Of a stretch of DNA of 64,000 nt, positions 1 to 10,107 are shown in pieces; within the stretch, counting starts at the first letter, position 1, and each line of letters opens with the position of its first letter. The notes beneath the pieces were generated by a model that was not told the origin of the DNA, ran no database searches, and saw only the letters and a list, made by a program, of their open reading frames with translations. Origin of the DNA: Selaginella moellendorffii (Eukaryota; Plantae; Lycopodiophyta); contig NW_003314374.1 of NCBI RefSeq assembly GCF_000143415.4, forward strand, positions 476,030-540,029, written 5' to 3'. Made by a program: the position numbers and the translations under genes.

Positions 1-774
1 ACTTTCCCAATTATACTTTTAAAACCCATTGCAACCTGACAACTCCACCAAGCCCTAGTTTTTCAAAAGCAAGAGATTTTTAGAGCATAAAGAAGGAAAT
101 CCATCAAAGTCAGTAAGGGGAGAAGATAACAAGTAGGAGAAACATGGGGCAGATTCTTCAGCATTTAGAACAAGCACAACAAGCAAGAAAAATAACAAGC
201 TTTGCTGGTGAGGTAAGGCTGACACTTCTGCCTCCAGCCAGGGAAGGGGCTTATGGACACCACCACCACTATTGAGTAAAACTCTACAATCACAACCATG
301 GAAACCATCGTTCATCAGTGCATGGACACCAACTCCATTACCCTAGGGAGGAAGTCTGGACCACCAACACCAAGCAGGACTTCAACCATCACCACCAACA
401 ATGATTTCAAGGCCACCATCATTGGCTTCCACCACCTTTGTCTTCAACACCAACTAAGGAGAGAGGGCCAGCGTCTCATAACAATCTCAGGTATGTTCCT
501 CCATTGTGGCTTGCTTGCTTTCACAATGGTACATACAAGACTTGGCATACACAACAACCACCAACTCCTCGGCTAGCAAGCTCCACTCCAGCAGGCCGCC
601 ACCACTTGGGTCGAGCTCCTCTGCCTCAGCCATCACCACGTTCTGGAGCACACAGCAGCAGCAGCAATGGTCCAGTGGCAGAAAGCACACCACTGCCACC
701 TTCTTAGTGTTCCTCAACACACAGTGGTGCACCAAAGCTGGTCGCTCTTCAGGCTTTCGAGACTCCAGCTATCC

Positions 775-1270
775 TAGGTATGTGTTCTTCTGCATTGTTG
801 GACACCTCCTTTTACATAATTCTCGCAAGAGAGGTAAACATAGCCACCATCCTCCCCCATCGGGTAATCATCCAACACCACCACCACTTTCTGCACACAG
901 TACCACCACCGCCAAATGTTGGTTGCCCTTCAAGCTTTCAATCCAATATATGTATTCCTCTGCATTGTTAAACACCTCCTTTTACATAATTCTCACAAGA
1001 GAGGTAAACACAGCCACCATCCTCCACCACTGGGTGATCATCCTCGGCCCTCTTAGCCTTCCTCACCACAAGGTGGCAGCCACGGTCTAGGATGCCATGC
1101 ACCACTGCCACACAGTGGTAGCAATGGTGCAACGCCACTGCCAAAAGCTGGTCAAGGTTTCACCTCCCAGCAGTTCCACGTATGTGTTCCTCTGCAATTC
1201 TGGCTACCTCCTTTACATTGGTCCTCGCAGGAGATCTCAACACGGCCACCATCATTCCACACCACCTCCT
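775..1270. repeat. Three degenerate direct repeat units, each starting TATGT(G/A)TTC(C/T)TCTGCA
   Basis: Units at ~779, ~949 and ~1181. The first two share CACCTCCTTTTACATAATTCTC.CAAGAGAGGTAAACA.AGCCACCATCCTCC. Confidence 0.6.
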
Positions 1271-1420
1271 TCACCACTAGATGATCCATACAGTGTTAGC
1301 CATTGAACCCAAGGGAAAAGCACACCGGCTTGTTACCTCCTTGACATAATGTTTGTGAGCATTTTGGAGCTCCTCCATCTCAGCCACCACCTCTAGCTCA
1401 CAAGCATCATCACCATTCTC

Positions 1421-1858
1421 GTGATGATCTTGGAAGTGTCAAATGGCGTCCACATGGTGATCCTAGAACTTTTGACTAGCATCCACATGGTGATCTTGGA
1501 AGTGTTGATTGGCATCCACACAACGATCTTGGACATTTTAACTGGCATCCACACGGTGATACTAGAAGGGTCGATTGGAACCCTCACAATGATCCAGGAA
1601 TTCCTAGCAATCCCAACAGTCCCAGCAGCCAACAACCCCCTTCCAGCTCTTCAAGGTGCACACTTCTCTCTGGCAACAACAGGAGCAACAGCTTTGGTGT
1701 GGATCCCGTTTGTGGCCATTGTGCTCATCGTCCTTGCCCTTGTGGTCATGCTCCTCATCAAGTGGAGACACTCTCGACGACACCAAAGAAGGGACAAAGC
1801 TTTTCTTGTCTACAATGTTGTGACCGACATTGATAAGTATGGCAGAGCAGCAGTCTAG
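1421..1858 (+). CDS. Orphan single-pass membrane protein candidate with 11-aa repeats; start uncertain, may be a gene remnant
   Basis: 33-bp tandem units encode GIH(M/T)VILE(V/L)LT about 5 times, followed by a hydrophobic segment (LVWIPFVAIVLIVLALVVMLLI) and a basic stop-transfer tract (KWRHSRRHQRR). Confidence 0.35.
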   Translation: MMILEVSNGVHMVILELLTSIHMVILEVLIGIHTTILDILTGIHTVILEGSIGTLTMIQEFLAIPTVPAANNPLPALQGAHFSLATTGATALVWIPFVAIVLIVLALVVMLLIKWRHSRRHQRRDKAFLVYNVVTDIDKYGRAAV

Positions 1859-2198
1859 CAGTGATTCAAAGCTTTAAAATCACTAATTGCGCATCATATC
1901 TGTATATCCGTTGCTGCTTGATGTTGACTGGAGATTTGTCCGGTGCGCGCTTTTCTGCTGCTGCTGAAATTGAGCTTTGGCTATAAAACATAACACAGAA
2001 TCTGTGAAGAGAACAATTTTGATCTAATGCCCAACATCAAGCACAAATTCGAAGGTGTCAGCTTAAAAAGTCAAGGAGAACAAAGTTTAGACTTATTTTC
2101 TGATTATTTGTCCATCTTCTAGATTGGTTTTAATGGCAAATCTCTTTTTAGCCATTCTTTTGAAGAATAATTTTAAATTTATATAAACAAACCTCGCC

Positions 2199-2670
2199 TC
2201 AAAAAATGCATCCAGGGATGCATTCTTCATACATCAATTTCTCAACCTTGCTCTGCCTATTTTCTTCTCTGTGTTCTAAGAATCGAAGAGCATCATCCTT
2301 CTCCATACCATATTTACAAATTAAAACAAAGCTACTACTTGCTCGCAATGAAGACAGAGTCTTTCCAGAGGCCTCCAGCGTGTCTGCATACCTGGAAAGC
2401 TCTATTTTGCCAAGAAAGTTTCTCATCTCAAAAGCTTTCTGCTTAAGCACAAGAGTGAATTCTTTGAAATGAGAGATTTCTGACACTCACCCTTTGCTGC
2501 TTAGTAAGGCCCAGCGCTTTCACATCTTTCCTGGTCATTGACTTGAGCGATTCAACGCTGTCCCATCCCTTCCTGACAAAGATCTTGGATGTTCCAGCAA
2601 GAACACTGCTGCCGAGGTAGTCATCTAGATTATCAGGGGCAGATCTATCCTTTGCTTCTGTGCCCTGCAT
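2199..2670 (-). CDS. Small tandem SAM-like domain protein (~139 aa), two exons
   Basis: Exons 2670-2491 and 2438-2199 join through a phase-0 GT-AG intron of 52 bp. The sequence GWDSVESLKSM...QQRKAFEMRNFL...YADTLEASGKTL...KYGM...RFLE resembles the N-terminus of plant SAM-like/AhpC-TSA proteins (recognised from memory). Confidence 0.65.
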
Positions 2671-3832
2671 TGTTGCTCGTCTTGTTGAGAAGAAAGAAGC
2701 TCTTTAAAATGCCCTGGTAGTCAAATAGAAAGTAGAATCAAAGTGACATTAATCCTCCTCCTAAGCTTTAAAAGTAAAAGTCTCACATCCCAACTTTGTC
2801 AAGATGATGTCGCAAACATTATGTGAATTGACGACAAATTGCTGCATGCCCTGCCCGTCAGCATGATACGCGACTTATAGTTTAAATAAAGGAGAATAGA
2901 GGGAAAGAGAGAAGAATGTTTGCATGACCAATGCTACCAAACAACAAGATCTCTCCACGCATTCATTCTTCACCTCACGATCGCTCCCTACGTCCAGCTA
3001 TTGGAGGGATCCTCTGAGATCTTCATGAAAGAGGTTGTGATCATAGAGATTATTATAGAACAAGCCTGAATGCAGAAAGCTCAGATGCATGCGTGGTCCT
3101 TCATGGAGCACAGTACTGAAGAACAGCCTTCAGCAGAAGCACCAAGAAAAAAAAGAGAATATGATTCTTCCAAGGCCATCCTAAAGAAAAATCGCTTTGA
3201 TCCTGGATCCTGGGAATCGCTTGTGCCCTCGCCACCCGGGATCTGTTATATTCTAAGATTGTCATTCTGTGTTTACTGTTACTGTGCTTCGACTAGCATA
3301 GAACCTAACCTATCTCCTTTCAACAATGTGACATAAACTTGACTCTCATGGTAGGTAAAATGTCACACTAAAAAAATAACAGGATACAAAGTTGTGGACA
3401 AAAGTTCCTCACTTCTCTTAGAGGAGTTTGTAAAGCAAAACACGCAACCTTTAGATCTTCAACGCTCTCCCCCCTGAAAAACTCCAGAACAAATTTAGCT
3501 TTCCCAACCCGCTTAATTAAGAAAATTTCTCAGCGCAATTAAGTAAATGGCTTTCGAAAGGCTGGAGACCATCCACCACATTGCATCACTAAATACTATT
3601 TGGAAAATAGAGTTCCTAACATTTTCACTCAAACTTGTGAAATCTATATAATCCACAATTCACTCAGTAGATTACCAAGGACTTGTCCGTCTGTGCTCAG
3701 CACATTGTAGCTGTGGAGAAGCATGCACAACTCACTAGCTGTTTGAAACAACTCCTAGTTGAAAGTGGAAACTAGCTCACAAAGAAAGTGAAAACAATGA
3801 TCTCCTTGATCACAAGTTCTCACAAGAGCTCA

Positions 3833-4450
3833 TCAAAGAGGTTTCACAAACATTGCCCGATTCACTTGAACTAACGACAAATCCCCGATGGGCTGAATTG
3901 CCTGTCCACCAGCAACTACCACTGGCTCCCGCGTGTGATCATCTAGAACAGAACTTACCACTTAGATTGAGCGCCAGGAATTTGTGTGATCAAACTTACC
4001 AAACAACGTGTTGAAGGACGAAGCTGGGGGTGTTGCCAGATGGTTCAGGCTCACGTAAGTGAGGAGAGTAAACGGAATTGCAAGCATGAAAAGCCCAGGA
4101 ACCACAACAGCCCAATACCTGCGAGAGCTAGAGTAAAACCAAAGGCACTAGCTTTGTAGTGTTTCCAAAGCTTACCTGTCGGGATAGTACGTTATTCCAA
4201 GATAATGAAGCCAAGGTTCGGGGAGATACGCCCAGATAACATACACTCCTGGATTCGTAGTTCGCCACTGTCAGCGATTCAGATTGAGAATCTAAAGTAT
4301 TCACTCACCAAATGCGACTATGGTTGAGATCGCTCCCACGAATGCATAAACCTCTGCGGGCTTTGTTCCTTGACTCTTGCGTTTCTCGTGATCCTACAAT
4401 CCAGGAAAAAAGAATAATGGAAAAGGTTGATCGATCGCTTGATATACCAT
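3833..4450 (-). CDS. PIGP: GPI-GlcNAc transferase subunit P (PIG-P), copy 1, intact
   Basis: Coding exons 4450-4448 (ATG only), 4393-4309, 4248-4176, 4118-4000 and 3942-3833, all GT-AG. Product: MDHEKRK..EVYAFVGAIST..WAYLPEPWLHYLGITYYPDRYWA..LNHLATPPASSFNTLFDDH..IQPIGDL. Confidence 0.88.
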
Positions 4451-4894
4451 TCACTTGTCGGCCTTCTCTCCGGGCCGTGGAACTTTCTTGTACTCGAAAT
4501 TGTTGATGTCTACGTGCTGCTGGATTGCCTGCATTCCAGAAACAATTAAATCTTAAGCAAGGATCAAGAGCACGCGGTTAATTACCTTGAGCTCTTCCTC
4601 GAGTGTGGTGGGCTTTCTCTGCTTGAAGTTCTTGAGAATCCCCTCCTTGGAAAGGGCCTGCGTCACTTTTAGAAGCTCCCAATCCCTCTCGTCGCGCTCG
4701 TGGACGACCTCAGTTCTAGAATCCCAGAAAATAAATTAAAGCGAAAAAAAGAATGCTTGTTACCTCCCAGCAACGATCTGAGCGATGCCAACGTAGCCAA
4801 TGACGGACCCAGCTATGATCGGGAGGCCAAAAAGAAAGAACCGATTCGACCCACTCAGCCTCCGTCCCTTCTGGATCCCCCGCACAGTGGACAT
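4451..4894 (-). CDS. COX16: Cytochrome c oxidase assembly factor COX16, copy 1, intact (112 aa)
   Basis: Exons 4894-4764, 4715-4586 and 4528-4451, all GT-AG. Product: [65 protein letters not shown], matching plant COX16 motifs. Confidence 0.88.
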
Positions 4895-4905
4895 TTGCTC
4901 TAAGC

Positions 4906-4913
4906 AAACCCTA
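4906..4913. promoter_or_regulatory. Telo-box (AAACCCTA) just upstream of the COX16 start
   Basis: Exact motif 11 bp from the ATG at 4894. It is mutated in copy 2 (TGGGGTTT). Confidence 0.5.
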
Positions 4914-5086
4914 CTAGGTAGCTGAAAAAAATCTTGTCACCTTGAAAGAAAAAATTGGATTTTTGAAAAAAAAAATTCGGGGCGATTTCTGTGTAAATAA
5001 AGAGCTACATTAGCTTGCAAACGTAGGTAAGTGAGACTAGTGTTAGAAATCTACCAACATGGCTACGAGAAGAAAGAAGAAAATCT

Positions 5087-5587
5087 TCATGATTCCTTGA
5101 GAACTTCCTCCGGAATATCTTCCTCTTCCTCGTTCTTGAGCTCTTCATCTTCCATCTCTGCAAGCCAAGCAAAATGCAAAGAGAAGAACGAATAAGAAAA
5201 ACCTGGACGAGAAACGCAAATGGTACTTACTCTGGATTTCCTCGTCGGTGAGCTCCGGAGCGTCCTCTCCCTCGACAGCCGGAGCTTTGTCGTCGACTTC
5301 TGCCGCTGCTGCGTCGTCTTCCACAACAATCACTGGAATCGTTGCGTCTTTATCCGTCGTGGGATAGTAGTACTCGGATTGAGTGTCCTGGAAACACAAA
5401 CAAGATGGAAAGAAAAGAGAGGAAGATCAAGTAAAGTTCTTATAACCAAAGAGAAAAAGTGAGAACCTGGTAAGAAGCCATTGGAACCTTGGTACAGAAC
5501 TGAAAAGCCCAAAGCCCCCTTTAAAAACGCACTGACTGTACCGAAACTCACTGAGAGTGAGACACGCTTCACTGGCAAACTTTCCAT
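5087..5587 (-). CDS. Small, highly acidic protein of unknown function, four exons
   Basis: Phase-consistent splice model: MESLPVKRVSLS|FCTKVPMASYQ|DTQSEYYYPTTDKDATIPVIVVEDD...EEIQ|KMEDEELKNEEEEDIPEEVLKES*. Confidence 0.5.
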
Positions 5588-5704
5588 GCAATGGAAGAAT
5601 ATGCAGCTTGATTCATGGCAGCCTCCGATTGGTTACAAAGAAATAGAGGAGAAACCAAAATTTTTACCACGTACCTTTAAAGAGCGCTCGAGAAAGTTTT
5701 GATA

Positions 5705-7798
5705 TTACAAGTCAGTATTGGTGGTGAAAGTTTTGACAAAACTCGCCAGTAGCTCCTTTCCTCCCAGCTCGTGAATCTTGGCCAGTGCACGCTTCTCGAT
5801 CTGGCGAACTCGTTCTCTAGAGAGGTTGAAATGGTGGCTCAGCTCCTCCAAAGTTCTGTCCCTTCCATCGCCAATGCCATAGCGGAGTGTCAGGACTTCC
5901 TTCTCCCTGGGCTTCAGGAGATTGAGCACTTTGTCGAGCTGTTCCTTTAGTAGCGCCTTCTCGGCAACTAGAAGAGAGGACTCTACTTCCGGGTCCGGTA
6001 GGATTTCCTGTAGCAAAAACAAGAAAAGAAAAGAAAAAAATTAACAATTTTTTTAGTGTCGCAAGAATATGGTTTTGCTTACCAAAAGAGTGACGTTGTC
6101 GCAACCTGGTACATTGTCGTCCAATGACTTTGGATGTCTCATAAGATTGGCAGCCAGATGGACTTTTTGCGCAGTCGTTCCAAGGATCGTGGCCACTTCC
6201 TCGTTTGTTGGAAATGTACCACGTTCTTCGAAGATCCTGGCTCTCGTCTTTAAAACTCGAGTGTGCGTATCAAATAGATGCATCTGAAAGACAATGTTTC
6301 TTTTAGATTTGAACTGTACTTCTCGAAGTGAACAGGAGCTTACAGGCACTTGGCACATTATGCTGCGTTTCACCGATGCCCTCCTTACGGATAGCTCAAT
6401 CCACCAAAGTACGTACGTTGAAAGCCGGAAACCTCGAGACGTGTCGAACTTTTCAACACCGTGAAGTAAACCGTTGATCCCTTCCTGCAGTACAAAGCCA
6501 AGTTGATAAATGCATGAAGAAAAACTAGCTCGACAGAGAAACTTTGATACTTCACCTGTATAAGATCCTCTATCGTCGTCCCCTTCAAACCAAACTTTCG
6601 GGCCACTTTGATCACGAGCCCGAGATTTGAAGAGACCATGTTGGTCCTGCATCTTTTTGCATGTTTGAGCTTCCTCCGAAGCTCTTGAGGTTCTATTTTC
6701 AATGCCTCGGCCCATTCTCTGAATGTTGGTTCACGTCCAAGCTGCTCGCTCATGCTGGTAAACAAGGCTTCCATTTTTATATGCTCCTGAGATTAAAAAA
6801 ACAACGCACGAAACAGTAATTTAGCCAGCAAGCTCAGCATTTCATCATATATCTACAAAGAAAGTACCTTGAATTCCCACCTGAATACCATTGATTGCTT
6901 CCAGCTCCTCGGCAGCAGACATTCGAGTCCTCCTAGATATTTGTGGACAGTACCGGTCTCTGCCTACGACTTTTCTCGATCCGGCTGGAAAAAGTCCTTT
7001 GATCGTCTCCCCATCTCCGTCCTCCATCTCGTTCTTTCTCTTCTCTGCTGCCTGTGCTCTTTTCATCATCCTTTGTTTGCGCCTCCTAGAGGTAACCGCT
7101 ACTTCCACGTTGTACTTCCTCTCTAAGCTCTCCGCCTCTGTTGAAAGAAGTTCATTGGCTTGCAATGCAGTTTCTTCCGCTTCTTCTGTTGTCTCAATCC
7201 TCGCCACCTCTGGAAGTTGGATGCTCTGCTCGAGTCCCAAAGTTGATCCAGCAAGTGGTTCGTTCGCGAGTTCCATTTCGCCAGAATCATCAGCAATGGC
7301 CTCGGCAGCTTCTCGAGCTGCTAGAACCGCCGCCCTTGCAAGAGCCATGGCTTCCTCGGCCGCGGCAATAGTCGTTGCCTCGTCACTAGCCAACCAAGCC
7401 TCAGTCTCTGTAAAACTGGAAGTGGTGGTCACTGCTCTCACTTGTAAGGTGCCAGCCACCTTCCATCTTCGTTCTGGGCCTTCGTGATTCCTATGCGGCA
7501 AAGAACTCCCAGCTAAGAAAATAAACTTCTATGGCATCAGTAAACGACTTACCATGCTAGAACCGAGCTCCAAAGCCGTGGATTTGCATTGTGATGATCC
7601 AATTTTGCGAAGCATCCCCTCCTTCTGGAGCAAGGCTTTTGACGTCTCAACGAAGAAGTGCCTGGAAATTGGATAGAAACCACTCAGCGAGAGAATTCCC
7701 ACTTCTTCCCACTTACTTGGAATGCCAGGCGATAGAACAGAGCTACATTCCAGCACTGCGCCGCCAGTCGCAGCTGCCAAGCCTGCCACCACTGCCAT
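5705..7798 (-). CDS. Nuclear-encoded plastid sigma-70 factor, SIG2-like, multi-exon
   Basis: Transit-peptide-like N-terminus and EAMALARAAVLAAREA motif. Region 2: NLGLVIKVARKF..EDLIQEG..EKFDTSRGFRLSTY..WWI. Region 4: LKPREKEVLTLRYG..LSRERVRQIE. Confidence 0.9.
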
Positions 7799-8196
7799 TG
7801 CCTCAATGCTACGACCTCGTTCTCATATTTCCAGATCCTAGTCCTCAAATTCGCCGCCATTGCCCGAATGCGGCCATGGCAGCGCTTCCAGTCCAAGAAT
7901 CCGCTTACAAAATAGAGGACGATATTTGTGCAGCGCCATCGCTCCCATTTCCTCGGCGACGAACTGCCATATCCACAAGATTTTCGTTAAACCCTAGCAG
8001 TCGTGGCAAAAGAACCACCATGTTAAACCTCAGCCGCTGGATGTCTCCAGCTCTCGACGGTCTGGATCCACATCTGGTTGAGTGGGCCAGATTCGCCCTG
8101 TTATCCAGACATATCTTAGCCTTCCAAAATAGCAATAGCAAAATTGGTTTTGTTTCTCATATTTTTGAAGATTAAGATTCTAACTGCTTTTATCAA

Positions 8197-8201
8197 GCGG
8201 G

Positions 8202-8244
<43 letters not shown>

Positions 8245-8269
8245 GCGTGTTCGATCCACGCTCACCGCA
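8197..8269 (+). tRNA. trnF: tRNA-Phe (GAA)
   Basis: GCGGGGATAGCTCAGTTGGGAGAGCGTCAGACTGAAGATCTGA...GTTCGATCC..CTCACCGCA, with an upstream CAA and a downstream T-run. Confidence 0.97.
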
Positions 8270-8531
8270 TTGCTTTTCTTCTCTGTTTTAACTTTTGACG
8301 TATGAGGAATCTTTTGTCGACAACTTTGTTGATGTCATTGTATGGTACATTTGAGTGTGATATTTTACTATCTCCTTGAATTCCGATGTTGCTAGAGAGA
8401 CGCTAAGGTGACACCACCTGAATGACAATCTGACAAGATCATGAAGTTTCACGGATGGAACTTGTTTATGCTAGCATGGTGACTATAGAAGATCCACATT
8501 GCCTTTATTCCATATGATCCAAAGGCGTCAC

Positions 8532-9030
8532 TCACTCGTCCTTGTGACGATTGACACATTCGTCACTGAGTGAAGCGCATCGCAGGAATCCATTGATGTT
8601 GCCAATGCAATCGTTGAGATCCAGAGTGCTTGCCACATACTCGCCATCGGTGTTCTTGCACTCGCCCTCCATCATGGTGCCCGACGTGAGATACTCAATC
8701 CCCCGGCAGTTCTCGAGCCCGTATGTGAACCTCTCCCCGCATTTGAGCTTCCCATCCTCGCCATAAGTGATGCACTTGGAGATATCAACGGCTGAATAGA
8801 ACTTCCATCCCCTGTTGTTCATGCATTCGGCTTCGAGCACTGGCCCCTTGACAAAAATGTCTTTGCAGCTGCCTGCAAAACCTTCACAAGCCTGCGAAAG
8901 AGTTCCAAGATCAGAAAACTCGAATTGACAAGATCATCTCACTTGCCTTGGACGTAGAAGCAGTCAGTGCTGCCACAAGCAGAAACAAGAGGAGCATAGA
9001 ATTGCCAAGAGGAGAGGAAGAGGAAGCCAT
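8532..9030 (-). CDS. Secreted cyanovirin-N homolog (CVNH) lectin
   Basis: Signal-peptide exon 9030-8947, a GC-AG intron (8946-8892), then FAGSCKDI..VLEAEC..SAVDISKCI...MEGECK..STLDLNDCIGNINGFL, a two-repeat CVNH pattern. Confidence 0.85.
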
Positions 9031-9379
9031 GATACCAGAAGGCGAGATCGCCTCGGATAATATAGTACTAGACTAGCAGGTTCTGGGTTCGAAACCATTG
9101 TTCCTAAGTTTCATATCCACATCAATCTGCCAGCTACATGCACAACGATAACGCTAAACCCTAAACCCCAAAGAGAATATTTTCAAGTATAAGCATATCC
9201 AGTTCCATCAACTTCTTACACACATCGACACTTGTCACCAGTGCAATCGACACGCGGCTGCACCATGCCTCAAAAAGGGCGAACTTGGAGCATTTGTGAG
9301 CGCGAAGAGAGAGAACGAACGGATTAATCGATCGATCGAAGCAAGCATTTCCAACGTTCACAGCATTCACGCAGCAACA

Positions 9380-9742
9380 ATGGCGTTTAGGTCAGTTCTC
9401 GTCGCCTCGAAGAAGAATGCCCTCGGTCATTTGCTCGTGAAGAAGGAGTTCCTGGCAACATCGCCTCTCCTGCTCAACAAGGAGGCGGGCACCGCCGAGT
9501 CCATGGCGCACAAGGTCGGGGACAAGGTCGAGAAAGCCGGGGAGAACCTCAAGGAGACGGCCAAAGATTCTAAGGAACCGGCCGAGAGCGGAATGCGCGA
9601 ACAGGTCAGGAGCGCCGCGGAGAAGATTGGCGACGCCACCGCGAGCGCGGGCGACAAGATCGAGCACTCGATGGAGAGCGAAGGCGGCGGCGAGGAGAAA
9701 TCCAAGCTCAATCTCGAGGACAAGCAAGTCCTCTCCAACTAA
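9380..9742 (+). CDS. LEA-like hydrophilic protein with a putative organellar presequence
   Basis: Basic N-terminus MAFRSVLVASKK, followed by A/E/K-rich amphipathic repeats (KVGDKVEKAGENLKETAK, AAEKIGDATASAGDKIE). Confidence 0.65.
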   Translation: MAFRSVLVASKKNALGHLLVKKEFLATSPLLLNKEAGTAESMAHKVGDKVEKAGENLKETAKDSKEPAESGMREQVRSAAEKIGDATASAGDKIEHSMESEGGGEEKSKLNLEDKQVLSN

Positions 9743-9786
9743 ACCCTCTTGTTAAATTAGGGTTCTTTGTAATCCGGCCAAGTTTC

Positions 9787-9975
9787 GCCACGTGTTATAA
9801 CAAAGGCTATCTTTTCTAGTGAATTGAATTGAATTTAAAACAATAAAGTTTTTAACTCGTCGGTGGTTATACTGGCTTATTTATTCAATGGGCACCTGTC
9901 GCGTGGATTTGTCACATACGTGGCAAAGATCGAGGTGCCATGCGTCGGCATCTCAGGGCCTCTCGATTTGTATAA
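9787..9975 (+). promoter_or_regulatory. ABA-responsive promoter elements of the dehydrin
   Basis: G-box CACGTG at 9789-9794, ABRE TACGTGGC at 9917-9924 and TATAA at 9971. Confidence 0.55.
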
Positions 9976-10107
9976 GAGCTGAAAGCTCCGCACTCTGGAA
10001 CTCATTCTATCTTCGATCGATATATCTGTTTTATCTAGATCTTTGGCTTTGTCTTGTTTTCTCGATCACAAGTTCTCTTCGCAGTTCTTTTGATTCTCGC
10101 AGCGCTC

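Noticed and set aside
4448-4453. Selenocysteine or programmed readthrough at the COX16 TGA
   Set aside because: Land plants lack Sec machinery, the context is not UGA-CUAG-like, and the fusion would join proteins of different compartments. Kept only as a minor alternative.
4700-4903. Plus-strand ORF and its mirror ORFs at 14180-14660 (-)
   Set aside because: They are antisense shadows of the COX16 exons.
7591-8175. 194-aa plus-strand ORF
   Set aside because: It overlaps sigma-factor exon 1 and its promoter in antisense and has no recognisable motif.
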